Below, piece after piece: positions 13,025 through 23,537 of a stretch of DNA of 64,000 nt; position 1 is the stretch's first letter, and each line of letters begins with the position of its first letter. A model generated the notes under the pieces. The model saw only the letters and a list, made by a program, of their open reading frames with translations. It was not told where the DNA came from and did not search any database. Origin of the DNA: Neodothiora populina (lineage: Eukaryota); contig NW_027191413.1 of the NCBI RefSeq assembly GCF_041146345.1, forward strand, positions 372,001-436,000, given 5' to 3'. The position numbers and the translations under genes were made by a program.

Positions 13025-16000
13025 ATGATGCAGCCGCCAATGCTCTCGAGTCCTCTCAAGGTCACGAATGAAATCGACTGGATTGCGCCCTTGAAACAAT
13101 ACATCCGCACCCAATACCAGGACGACCCCGAGAGATACAGCGAAGAATGCAGCGCGCTCAACAGACTACGGCAAGACATGCGAGGCGCTGGAAAGGATAG
13201 CGCGGCGGGAAGAGATCTCCTGTACAGATACTACGGCCAGCTGGAATTGCTCGACTTGCGCTTTCCCGTCGACGAGAACCACATCAAGATCTCCTTCACC
13301 TGGTTCGACGCTTTCACCCACAAACCCACCTCGCAGTACTCTCTGGCTTACGAGAAGGCTTCGATCATCTTCAACATCTCTGCCGTGCTCTCCTGTCATG
13401 CCGCATTCCAGGACAGGCACGAAGACACGGGTCTCAAGACTGCATACCACTCCTTTCAGGCATCTGCCGGCATGTTCACATATATCAACGAGAACTTCTT
13501 GCATGCTCCTTCCACGGATCTGAGTAGAGACACGGTCAAGACTCTGATCGCCATCATGCTGGCTCAAGCACAAGAGGTCTTTCTAGAAAAGCAGATAGCA
13601 GACGGAAAGAAACCCGCCCTTTTGGCCAAACTTGCGAGTCAGGCTGCATATCTCTACACGCAAGCTGTCGAAGGTGTGCAAGAAAACGTCGCTAAAGCCA
13701 TCTTCGAGCGCGTCTGGCTACTGGTCGTGCAGTTCAAGCTCAACTTCATGACTGCGCTGGCTCAATATTACCAAGCCCTCGCCGATGACGACGGCAATGC
13801 ACACGGAGCTGCCATATGCAGAATCGATGTCGCCCAGAATTTTGCCAAAGAAGCCGGCAAGATTGCAAACTCCATCCCGGCCTCTCCACCTCCGAGTTCA
13901 AACCTGGCGTCGGATACTGGCAGCATTCTTGCAGATATGGCGAAGAAACATACCGTGACGTGTCAGGAACTCGCTATACAGTTGGACAAGGACAACGACT
14001 TCATCTACCATCAGCCAGTCCCTGCCGAAGCTGCACTTGCACCGATTCCTAAGCTTCCTGCTGCCAAGGCCATACCTGTCAGCGAACTTTACCAAGGACA
14101 GGACATTCCGCGCATAATCGGGCCTGATATCTTCCAGAAGATCGTCCCAATGTCCGTGACCGAGTCCGCTTCACTGTACGACGAAGAAAAAGCCAAACTC
14201 GTACGGGCCGAGAGTGAGCGGGTAGAGATTGCAAACGATGAAATGGCGGCCTCGTTGGATTACCTCAAACTACCGAACAGTCTGAACATCCTCAAAGGCG
14301 GCCTGGACCAAGATATCTCTGTCGACTCCGAGTTCCGCACTTGGTGTCAGGATTTCGTGGACCACGAACCCTTCGCCGAAGCATTTGAGCAGCTCAATAC
14401 CAGTAAAGGCGCAATCCACAGCACGCTTGATGCCGCCATGAAATCTCTTGATATGGAGGAGAGTGTGTGCGAAAAGATGAGGACAAAGTACGGTGGCGAG
14501 TGGACGCAGCAGCCTTCCTCACGCCTTACCTCGACGTTAAGAAGCGATGTGAGAAACTATCGTGGTGCGGTCGAGGAAGCCAGCATGAGCGACGCCCAGC
14601 TCTATGCCACGTTCAGACAGTTCGAGAGTGACATGGAAGAGATGCGCAGTGCGGGCGAGACCGACGAAGCAGATGTTTTGTATCAGCGTGCCATGATCAA
14701 GGCCGGTGCTGCCAGGGGTAACAAGAAGGGCTCGATGGACCAAGAAGGCGATTTGCTAGGAGAGATCGAAGACGAGGGCAACGGTAGCGTCAGTCAGCAG
14801 ATTGCCGCCGTGGAGGAGCTATTGAGGAAGCTCAATCTTGTCAAGAGAGAACGGCAGCAGACGTTGAAGGATCTCAAAGACAAGGTTCGTCAATCCCGTC
14901 GATTCCCACTTGAAGCAAAGCTGACCTGTTCTCCCTCAGATTCACACCGATGACATCTCCAATGTGCTTATCCTGAACAAAAAGGCAATCTCGAGTCAGG
15001 AACAGGCACTCTTCAAGTCCGAACTCGAGAAGTTTCGCCCATACCAGAATCGACTGCTACAGGCCAACCACAAGCAAAACATCATAATGAAGGAGCTCAC
15101 TCGCACCTACAGTGATTTGCTGTCGAATCGTGCTGTCAAGGCGGAACAAAACAAGTACGAGTCGTTTTCGCGCCAACGGAGCTCGGTCATGTCCAAATAC
15201 AAGAAGGTCCATCAAGCATTCACCGATCTTCGATCCGGCCTCGAAAATGCCCGAGTGTTCTACTCTGAGATGAAGGATACTGTCGAGAGCCTACGGAAGA
15301 ACGTAGATTCCTTTGTCAACAACCGTCGGTCTGAAGGTCATCAATTACTCACGCAGATCGAAGCGTCAAAATCTGCATCTGGTGGTGCACAGGCGGACAG
15401 AGAACAGCAGCGGCTGAAGGAACTCATGGAGCGCATGGCCATCAATCCAGCCGTTCCATCTCCCTTGCCTCGACAAGGCCATCCGCAGCCCCCGCCTCGA
15501 CCGGCACCACTGAACAACACTCCTAGCTATCAGAACACATACAACCCTGCTACTTCGCCACCAGTGACGCCAGGCTATGGCACACACACTCCGGCACCGA
15601 ATGTCAACCCTGCAGCTTACTCTCATCCGATGGCATCACCTCGCCAAGCATATCCTCAACTACAACAACAGGGTGGCTACCAACAAGCACAACAGCAACA
15701 GCCGCAGCCGCAGCAACAGCACGCGGCCAACGGAGGGTACCCGTACAACCCCAACACATATGCACCAGTGTCCTCGCCGCCGCCTCATCAGCCGCAGCAG
15801 CAGCAACATGGTCAATTCTTCTCCCCACCACCAGGCACTTACAATGGATATCCACCGCAGCAAGCACACGGTCAACAGGGCTACGGCGGTCAGATGCCGT
15901 CTGGGTTTGTGCCTCCACCACCTCCGCCGGGGCCACCACCTGCTCAACATCAGCAGGCCCAGCAGGGGTATGGAGGGTATCCTAGTCAACACCCACAGCA

Positions 16001-16055
16001 GCAGCAACAGCAACAGGGCGGGGATCCGTGGGCTGGTCTGAGTGCTTGGAAGTGA
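13025..16055 (+). CDS. BRO1: Vacuolar protein sorting protein Bro1 (Bro1 + V domain + Pro/Gln-rich tail), 2 exons
   Basis: PLKVTNEIDW..LNRLRQDMRGAGKDSAAGRDLLYRYYGQLELLDLRFP and DNDFIYHQ. Intron 14885-14939 (GT..CTGAC..CAG) joins the two track ORFs as LKDK|IHTDDISNVL. Tail ends DPWAGLSAWK. Confidence 0.93.
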
Positions 16056-16150
16056 GGAAGGGTTCTCATGTCATTGCATTGTACAGATGGAGATGAAATG
16101 GTCACGCGAGTAGAACCGCAGAGAGTGATAAAAGTATCTACGTCAGCCTT

Positions 16151-16157
<7 letters not shown>

Positions 16158-16207
<50 letters not shown>
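16158..16207. repeat. (CT)n microsatellite
   Basis: About 25 perfect CT units downstream of BRO1. Confidence 0.95.
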
Positions 16208-16210
<3 letters not shown>

Positions 16211-16712
16211 CTAAGATGACATGCTCGGCGATGCTCGGCGATCAGATGTGTCTCATGTGCATCTGCACTGTACAGTATATTGACTCTAGTGATTGATTAG
16301 GGCTCAGAAGTAATATTACAAGCGCAAGGGAGATTAGATAAAATCCGGCGGTATCGGCAGCTTCGCAGAGGAAAAGAGGGCGGGAGTTTGACGCATTTGC
16401 ACCAATTAACATCGGCGACTCTGGCCTTCTATGACGATCCAGAGAGTCTCTCACATAATCAATGAATCAATGAATCAATGAAGTGAATCCATCATCATTT
16501 ACTGACTGAAGGTCTCCTCCAATCATTCACAACTCCATCTTGCAGATATCTCATCTTGCATCTAGAGGCAAATCAATTTTCTTTTATTTTTCTTTTAATT
16601 TCTTTCTTCGAAGGAAGTCACACATTGTCCCGCCCCCCAGCACCCACTCATCTCTCGCCGCCTTGTACATATTATAGTCTATCACTTCCATCCTCTCCAA
16701 AATCGGCCGAGC

Positions 16713-19700
16713 ATGTTAAACCGCCGATGGCGTACTGCATTAAACACTTCGCAGCGTCTCTACGCAACCTCTAGACACGCTCCTGCATCCTCGCAATACA
16801 CAGCGTCGGCATGTTGCTACTCGACCTCGCCGAGGCGGATACCCTTGTCGCCACTCTCGCTGCGTCAAACCACCCTCGCCACCACTCGGGCTTTCATGAC
16901 CTCTCCTGCGCGACGGAAAGAGGAGCCGCCCAAGAAGCCGGAGGAAGAGCTGGAGGAAGAGAGCAGGGAAGAGCTTGAGAAGGAAGAGCGAGGTGGACAG
17001 CAGCAGCAGCCGCGGCAGAAGACCAAAGACCAGCCTGCCGAGCCCACTCCCATTTCCGTCTCGTCGGAGAACAAACCCTCTGCGGGATCTGCCTCGCCAG
17101 TCGCTGGCTCTGCCGGCGGTGAGTCAGGTGGCAATGCCGGCGACGGCAACAGCGGTGGCAACCGCAAGCGCGGAGCGAAAGGCGCCAGTTCGGCATTGGT
17201 GAAGCCCTCGGTGCCCGAGACGTATCCTCAGGTCCTGGCTATTCCCATCGCACAGCGGCCGCTCTTCCCCGGCTTCTACAAGGCCATTACCATCCGCGAC
17301 CAGAACGTCATTGCTGCCGTACAAGAACTGCTCAAGCGCGGCCAGAGCTACGTCGGTGCGTTCCTGCTAAAGGACCCCGAGAGCAACAAGGATGTCATTG
17401 ATGATCCGAGCGAGGTTTACGAAGTCGGTACTTTCTGTCAGATCACCGGAGCTTTCCCTGCCGGACATGGCGAGGAGAAGGCATTGCAGGCCGTGCTTTA
17501 CCCGCACCGCAGGATCAAGCTGACTGAACTGCTGCCCCCCGGCGCTATCAAGAAGGATGCTGCCGCCCAGACTCCTGCTGTTGAAGCAGCCGCCGAGGGC
17601 GTAGCCAAGGCCACAATCGAAGACGCACCTGAAGACACTGAGCAGAAGCCTGACGAGGCGACCAGCTTCGAGAAAGAGGTCACCACCAAGACCGAACCTC
17701 TCGAGCCTGAGCAAGCACAAGTAGCCAAGGACGAGAAGAAGGGCGATGTCGTCGCCAGCTTTGAGACCGAAGACGCCAAGGATAAGCTCTCTCAGTACGA
17801 GCCTACCGACTTCCTCAAGACTTGGAATGTCAGTCTTGTCAAGGTTGACAACCTCGTCGATGAGCCTTTTGACAAGAAGACCCCCACTATCCGCGCTTTG
17901 GTCTCCGAAATCGTCAACACCTGCAAGGAGATTGGCCAGGTCAATCAGCTCTTCCGCGATCACGTTTCCGCCTTCGCCATGAGCCAGTCTGCAGCCAACA
18001 TTGCCGACGAGCCTGCCAAGCTGGCTGACTTCGCCGCTGCAGTGTCCGGTGGCGAGATGGAGGAGGCACAGGAGGTGCTCGCCAGTCTGAACGTCGAACA
18101 GAGACTCAGCAAGGCGCTCGAGGTCATCAAGAAAGAATACATGAACGCACAACTCAGCAGCAAGATCAGCAAGGATGTCGAGAGTAAGATTCAGAAGCGT
18201 CAACGCGAGTACTGGCTCATGGAGCAGATGAAGGGTATTCGTCGCGAGCTCGGTCTCGAGACGGACGGCAAAGACAAGCTTGTCGAGGGCTTCAAGGAGA
18301 AGGCCAACAAGCTCGCCATGCCCGATCCTGTCAAGAAGGTCTTTGACGAGGAGGTCAACAAACTCGCTCATCTCGAACCTGCCGCCTCTGAATTCAATGT
18401 TACAAGGAACTACCTTGATTGGCTCACTCAGATCCCATGGGGCAAGAGGAGTGCCGAGACCTTTGGCATCAAGAACGCCATGAAGGTGCTCGACGAGGAT
18501 CATTACGGACTCAAGGACGTCAAGGACAGGATCCTTGAATTTATTGCCGTCGGCAAGTTACGAGGTACTGTCGAGGGCAAGATTCTGTGCATGGTCGGGC
18601 CTCCCGGTGTCGGTAAGACGAGTATTGGCAAGTCCATTGCCCGTGCTCTCAACAGACAGTACTACCGCTTCAGTGTTGGTGGTCTGACCGATGTTGCCGA
18701 GATCAAGGGCCACCGAAGGACCTATGTCGGTGCTCTTCCAGGTCGCATCATTCAGGCCTTGAAGAAATGCCAAACCGAGAACCCTCTTGTGCTTATCGAT
18801 GAAGTCGACAAGATCGGTCGCGGTCACCAGGGTGATCCATCTTCCGCATTGCTCGAGCTTCTCGATCCGGAGCAGAACTCTTCCTTCCTTGACCACTACA
18901 TGGATGTACCCGTAGACTTGTCCAAGGTCTTGTTTGTCTGTACAGCAAACATGACCGACACCATCCCTCGCCCCTTGCTCGACAGAATGGAGATGATTGA
19001 GCTTTCTGGTTATGTTGCTGACGAAAAGATGGCCATCGCCGAGCGCTATCTCTCGCCAGCCGCAAAGGAGCTGTCTGGTCTCAAGGATGTCGATGTCGAA
19101 CTAGAGAAGGATGCCATCGCCGAGCTGATCAATAAATACTGTCGCGAATCAGGTGTGCGTAACCTAAAAAAGCAGATCGAGAAGGTCTACAGAAAATCCG
19201 CACTCAAGATCATCCAAGACATTGGTGAGGACGTGCTGTCGGAAGAAAAGGCCCTGACCGACGAAGGCAAGGCCGCCATCGAAGAGGGCAAGAAGGACGA
19301 GACCGACGTCAAAGACACACCGCCAGACATGTTGGAAAAGGAAACTTCCGAACAACCTCGTGTCGCTCTGAAAGTGCCAGAGGACGTCAAGGTGTCAATC
19401 ACGAAAGAGAACCTAAAGGACTACGTGGGTCCGCCAGTCTTCACAGCGGACAGACTGTACGACATCACGCCGCCGGGAGTAGCAATGGGACTGGCATGGA
19501 CGCAGATGGGTGGTGCCGCTCTATACATTGAGACGATCCTCGAGAACGCATTGTCCTATGACTCACGACCGGGACTCGAACGGACCGGAAACCTCAAGCC
19601 CGTCATGAAGGAGAGCACAAGCATCGCATACTCGTTCGCCAAGGGCCTCATGGCACGCAAGTTCCCTGGAAACAAGTTTTTCGAGAAGGCGCGAATCCAC

Positions 19701-20198
19701 TTGCATTGCCCAGAGGGTGCGGTCCAAAAAGACGGTCCGTCAGCAGGTATCACCATGGCTACTGCGATGCTCAGTCTGGGCTTGGACCGAGAAGTCAACC
19801 CGACGATTGCAATGACTGGTGAATTGACCGTTACGGGCAAGGTCTTGAGGATCGGTGGATTGAGGGAGAAGACGGTGGCGGCCAAGCGAGCGGGCGCGAC
19901 CATGGTTGTCTTCCCCAAGGATAACACGAGTGATTGGTTGGAGTTGCCAGAGGTGAGTCTTTTTTTTTCCCTTTTCTTTCCTCTTTGTCCCTCGACGACA
20001 GATATGCTAACAAAACCCGAAAAACAGAACATCAAAGAAGGCATCGAAGGCAAGCCAGTGGCATGGTACAACGAAGTCTTCGACCTCGTCTTCCCAGACG
20101 TCGACCCCGACGCCGCCAACGCGCTATGGAAGAAGGAACTGGCCAAGCCTGCAAAGTCAAAGTCTGACAAGGCCGAAGAGGACGACGACAGATTATGA
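16713..20198 (+). CDS. PIM1: Mitochondrial Lon protease, 2 exons
   Basis: Presequence, LON N-domain (QRPLFPGFYK), Walker A GPPGVGKTS, LIDEVDK, catalytic KDGPSAG and GGLREK. An in-frame 75-nt intron at 19953-20027 (GTGAGT..GCTAAC..CAG) gives ELPE|NIKEG. Confidence 0.96.
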   Translation: MLNRRWRTALNTSQRLYATSRHAPASSQYTASACCYSTSPRRIPLSPLSLRQTTLATTRAFMTSPARRKEEPPKKPEEELEEESREELEKEERGGQQQQPRQKTKDQPAEPTPISVSSENKPSAGSASPVAGSAGGESGGNAGDGNSGGNRKRGAKGASSALVKPSVPETYPQVLAIPIAQRPLFPGFYKAITIRDQNVIAAVQELLKRGQSYVGAFLLKDPESNKDVIDDPSEVYEVGTFCQITGAFPAGHGEEKALQAVLYPHRRIKLTELLPPGAIKKDAAAQTPAVEAAAEGVAKATIEDAPEDTEQKPDEATSFEKEVTTKTEPLEPEQAQVAKDEKKGDVVASFETEDAKDKLSQYEPTDFLKTWNVSLVKVDNLVDEPFDKKTPTIRALVSEIVNTCKEIGQVNQLFRDHVSAFAMSQSAANIADEPAKLADFAAAVSGGEMEEAQEVLASLNVEQRLSKALEVIKKEYMNAQLSSKISKDVESKIQKRQREYWLMEQMKGIRRELGLETDGKDKLVEGFKEKANKLAMPDPVKKVFDEEVNKLAHLEPAASEFNVTRNYLDWLTQIPWGKRSAETFGIKNAMKVLDEDHYGLKDVKDRILEFIAVGKLRGTVEGKILCMVGPPGVGKTSIGKSIARALNRQYYRFSVGGLTDVAEIKGHRRTYVGALPGRIIQALKKCQTENPLVLIDEVDKIGRGHQGDPSSALLELLDPEQNSSFLDHYMDVPVDLSKVLFVCTANMTDTIPRPLLDRMEMIELSGYVADEKMAIAERYLSPAAKELSGLKDVDVELEKDAIAELINKYCRESGVRNLKKQIEKVYRKSALKIIQDIGEDVLSEEKALTDEGKAAIEEGKKDETDVKDTPPDMLEKETSEQPRVALKVPEDVKVSITKENLKDYVGPPVFTADRLYDITPPGVAMGLAWTQMGGAALYIETILENALSYDSRPGLERTGNLKPVMKESTSIAYSFAKGLMARKFPGNKFFEKARIHLHCPEGAVQKDGPSAGITMATAMLSLGLDREVNPTIAMTGELTVTGKVLRIGGLREKTVAAKRAGATMVVFPKDNTSDWLELPEVSLFFSLFFPLCPSTTDMLTKPEKQNIKEGIEGKPVAWYNEVFDLVFPDVDPDAANALWKKELAKPAKSKSDKAEEDDDRL

Positions 20199-20514
20199 TA
20201 TGGTCCCTTGTTCTTTTCTTCTTCTCTTCCTGAAGAAAGGAGATAGAAGGAGAAAGATGCGACATTAGAGACTCTTCACTCACCTTGAGTGTCCGAGTTT
20301 TGTCCCCGGTCCGCAGTCCTCGATTTGATTGGGCACGGAAAGAAAGAAAAAAGTCTAGTAATATATCTTGTCTCTGACTTTTTGTATGTATAAATAAAGA
20401 AGAATAAATAAATATATGACTCTTAGCAATCCCACCTCTTTTTTTTTTCTTTCGCCATCTTTCTTCCTGTACTTTTATTCGTCGTTATTCTTTTCCTATG
20501 ATTTCTACAGTCAT

Positions 20515-21240
20515 TTCTGTCTTGATTCGGTTCGCTCTTATCGCACTTTCACTTTTTATTTTATCTTGCTCTTGGATCCATCATCTTACTCAAACATTAT
20601 CTCACCTTTGAGTCCATCTCACTCTTGATTCACGCTTATTCGGCTCACACTTCCTAGGTCCATCTCTCTCTCTTAACGTAGTCTCATCATTGTACTCAAT
20701 ACGCTCTTGATTCACGCTTAATTAGATTCATCAGTTCATCTTCGGATTCCAGCTGGACGCGCGAGGTCCAGGACTCAAGATAGGCTCGCTACTAATCTAC
20801 GGTTCGTCTATATTGGATTTGTCTTGCTCTTGGTTCATCTTCTTGTTCTTAGTCCATCTTACTTTAGAGTCGTTTGCTCTCGGTTCACCTACCTCGCTCT
20901 TGACTCATATATCTCTCTCGATTCATCTTTCTCTTGTAATCCTATCTCACTCTCTTCATATACTTCTCTTTTGATCTAAACTCGCTCTTGATTCGCTTCG
21001 CTCTTATTGCACTTTCACTTTTGAATTCATTCCACTTTTGATTCTATCTTGCTCTTGAATCAATCTCACCCTTGGTTCATCCTTTTCTCTCTAAATGCCA
21101 TCCGACCCTCGGTTCCTGATTTACTCTTTAGGCCATCTCACTCTTGCTTCACGCTTGCTTAGGTCCATTAGTTCACCTCTGAATCCCATCTGGACTCGTT
21201 GACGAGCCCTTCTCTCCTGATTCACTCTTTGTTCTTTCTC
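20515..21240. repeat. Degenerate pyrimidine-rich minisatellite (~16-17 bp unit, ~ATCTCACTCTTGATTC) with a ~450-bp higher-order duplication
   Basis: Recurrent ctcttgattc / ctcttggttc units. cttgattcggttcgctcttatcgcactttcactttt (20521) recurs at ~20987. ctcttgattcacgctta..gttcatc..ctggac (20705) recurs at ~21141. Confidence 0.7.
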
Positions 21241-21435
21241 GTGATTGGTCTCGGCTGCTGCACCATTTCACTGGCTTAATGGGAGACTCTCCTGCTGCTG
21301 CTGCTGCCGGCGACATTTCTTTCCTTTCTTATTCCTTTCTTGTTTCTTTCGAAATGGAAACACTCATGGGGAGAGATGAGACATGACTACAACATACTTG
21401 CTACCGTTATACATATCTACCAGGACAAAACGCAT

Positions 21436-22875
21436 CTAAGAATCCCAGCGCCCTATCTCCAGCGCATCATCCGCGAAAGACTTGAACCCTTCCAGAACCT
21501 CTCCCTGCCGGGCCGTCTCTACATCTTCAAACACGCGCCACTCGACCCCCACTTCCTCGAACCCCTTGACGAGCTCCCTGAGCCTCTGCGCAACAGCTCT
21601 ATTCCCACGAAACTCCGGATCAAAGCCCCCTTTTCGACCAAATACATTCACTTGTCTGAGCCATGGAAACCTGTCTTTGGCGAACAAAACCTGCTCGAGC
21701 GACCACAGCAGCACGGCAGGCGAGGCGCGCGTGAAAGCCACGCGCTCAAGCGACGCAGGCAGGACGTCGGATAGGTCACTCGCGCTGCGGTAGAAGGGCT
21801 CGCTCCCAGAGCTCTCGGGCAACAAGCTGCCCGCGATCGCATAGCTATTGATGCAGAGCGTGCGTAGAGCAGTGAAGTGCGCTAGACTCTCGATGGAGGC
21901 CCACGGCGAGTCGGAGTCGCTGGTGTCTCCTTCTAGCCCGCACGCGTCGGCGGCTGTCAGCCAGAGGTGCTGGAGGGTCGAGGCGTGAGGGGTCAGGATG
22001 TAAGATGCTATGTTGCGCCAGGTCAGACTTCGTCCGGCGAGGTCTCGTTTCCGGATGTCGGCCAAGAACATGTTGAGTTCTAAGAAGGAAGCGCAGCGGG
22101 AGGTTAGGGTCAGGTATTCGCTGAGGGTGTATTTGCACCATGCGAAGGTGAGGGATTCGAGAGGGGAGAGATATGATGGGACTGCGGCTGTCAGGGCCGT
22201 CTGCCATTGTGATTCTCCGTAGCCTTGTTTGCGGATCTCGAGATGCTCGATGCGCGGGAGAAGCAGACTCCTCAGGACGATGTCTGGGGAGTACTTGGTC
22301 GCCGAGTATTGAACACACGGCTTGATAACCAGCGATTTCAGCATGGCCAGACCACTGCTGATTCGGGTCCCATCCTCGGCCTCCGTCGTCACTTGCTCAA
22401 GAAACCCCAAGAAGCGCTGCATATTTTGAGGATGAGACCCGCAATCAAGCACCAGACTCTCCATACCCGCCCCAACTAACCCCAGCACCCTCACGACGCG
22501 CGCATCGTCATCTTCAAGCTCAAAGTCCGCAGCCAACGTCACATGTTTGACTCTAGCAGCCAGATCAGGCCGCACTGACAAAGTGTGGACGTAGTTCCGA
22601 AGATTCGCGTTGCTCGTCTCGCCGCGCTGGATGTATACGCTGTAGAGCAGTGGTTGCGCCACATCGTAGAACAGTCTGCAGGTGCGACATAGAGCCGCCA
22701 GAGCAAAAGTGCCGCCGTGGTCGGGCTTTTCGGACGTGTAGTTTGCTTTTTCGGGGAGTAGTTCTGTGAAGATGCTGTCGAGGATCTCCGTCGGGAGAGT
22801 GGTTGTTGATCTAGGCATTTCATAAAGTACTTTTGGGGTTTCGTGATTGTCAAGTCTTGATGTTGTAGTGGACAT
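21436..22875 (-). CDS. F-box-like / leucine-rich accessory protein
   Basis: Intronless 479-aa ORF. TLPTEILDSIFTEL..ALAALCRTCRLFYDVAQPLLYS is an F-box-like N-terminus. YVHTLSVRPDLAARVKHV, SLAHFTALRTLCI and LSDVLPASLERV are typical of fungal F-box/LRR-like families. True start may be the second Met. Confidence 0.75.
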   Translation of the reverse strand: MSTTTSRLDNHETPKVLYEMPRSTTTLPTEILDSIFTELLPEKANYTSEKPDHGGTFALAALCRTCRLFYDVAQPLLYSVYIQRGETSNANLRNYVHTLSVRPDLAARVKHVTLAADFELEDDDARVVRVLGLVGAGMESLVLDCGSHPQNMQRFLGFLEQVTTEAEDGTRISSGLAMLKSLVIKPCVQYSATKYSPDIVLRSLLLPRIEHLEIRKQGYGESQWQTALTAAVPSYLSPLESLTFAWCKYTLSEYLTLTSRCASFLELNMFLADIRKRDLAGRSLTWRNIASYILTPHASTLQHLWLTAADACGLEGDTSDSDSPWASIESLAHFTALRTLCINSYAIAGSLLPESSGSEPFYRSASDLSDVLPASLERVAFTRASPAVLLWSLEQVLFAKDRFPWLRQVNVFGRKGGFDPEFRGNRAVAQRLRELVKGFEEVGVEWRVFEDVETARQGEVLEGFKSFADDALEIGRWDS

Positions 22876-22899
22876 GCGGAGAAGCGGTTCTACCTTGGT

Positions 22900-23220
22900 C
22901 AGCGACTGTTAATCGAGTAGTCATTTACTGTTGATTGACTAGGTATTCATTGACTGTTCATCAAGTTGTTGTTAACTGCTTATTGTCCGTTTATTGTCCG
23001 TTCATCGAGTAGTCACTAACTATTTATCAACCATTCATCGAGTAAGGTAGTCATTGACCATCTACCGAGTAATAATTATTGACTATTCGTCAACCGTGTA
23101 CTCCGTGCCCAGCAGTCAAACGATAGCTACTCGTCAAAGAATCATTGATCTCATTAGAGAGTCATTGCCTATTCATCAGAAACTCATCAACCATTCATAT
23201 AGAAATCATTGACTGAGGTA
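22900..23220 (+). repeat. Degenerate 11-bp tandem array, family 2 (~TTCATCGAGTA / GTCATTGACTA)
   Basis: Phased units ttcatcaagtt gttgttaactg cttattgtccg tttattgtccg ttcatcgagta gtcactaacta tttatcaacca ttcatcgagta ... gtcattgccta ttcatcagaaa ctcatcaacca ttcatatagaa atcattgactg. Confidence 0.8.
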
Positions 23221-23537
23221 ACAACAAACTCCTTCGTAAACCGCTGTCCGAGTAAACGATGACGATGAAGCGCGGGGTGCCGAGGCGGACACACAAGAGG
23301 AGACAAGACCCTTGCCAAGACAATCTCTCCACAGATCAGTCTTCGGCAAACCTTCCTGCAGAGAGCAAACGCTCCTTCCTCAAAAGTTTTGGCATCCTAA
23401 AAAAGTTACTACCAAATTGATCATCTTAAGTAATTCTCAGCATCAAACAACAAGAAAAACAGATCAAAACACACAACCCACGCACCAATTCAATACCTCC
23501 ATCCTGAAATACACGCCGGGGAGGATTCCACACAATC

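Noticed and set aside
14953..14964. BRO1 apparently split into two ORFs (possible pseudogene)
   Set aside because: A 55-nt canonical intron joins them in frame.
16457..16482. (AATCAATG)x3 upstream of PIM1
   Set aside because: Short simple repeat with no supportable function.
19953..20027. Hydrophobic insertion VSLFFSLFFPLC in Lon protease
   Set aside because: It is an in-frame, stop-free intron with canonical donor, branch site and acceptor.
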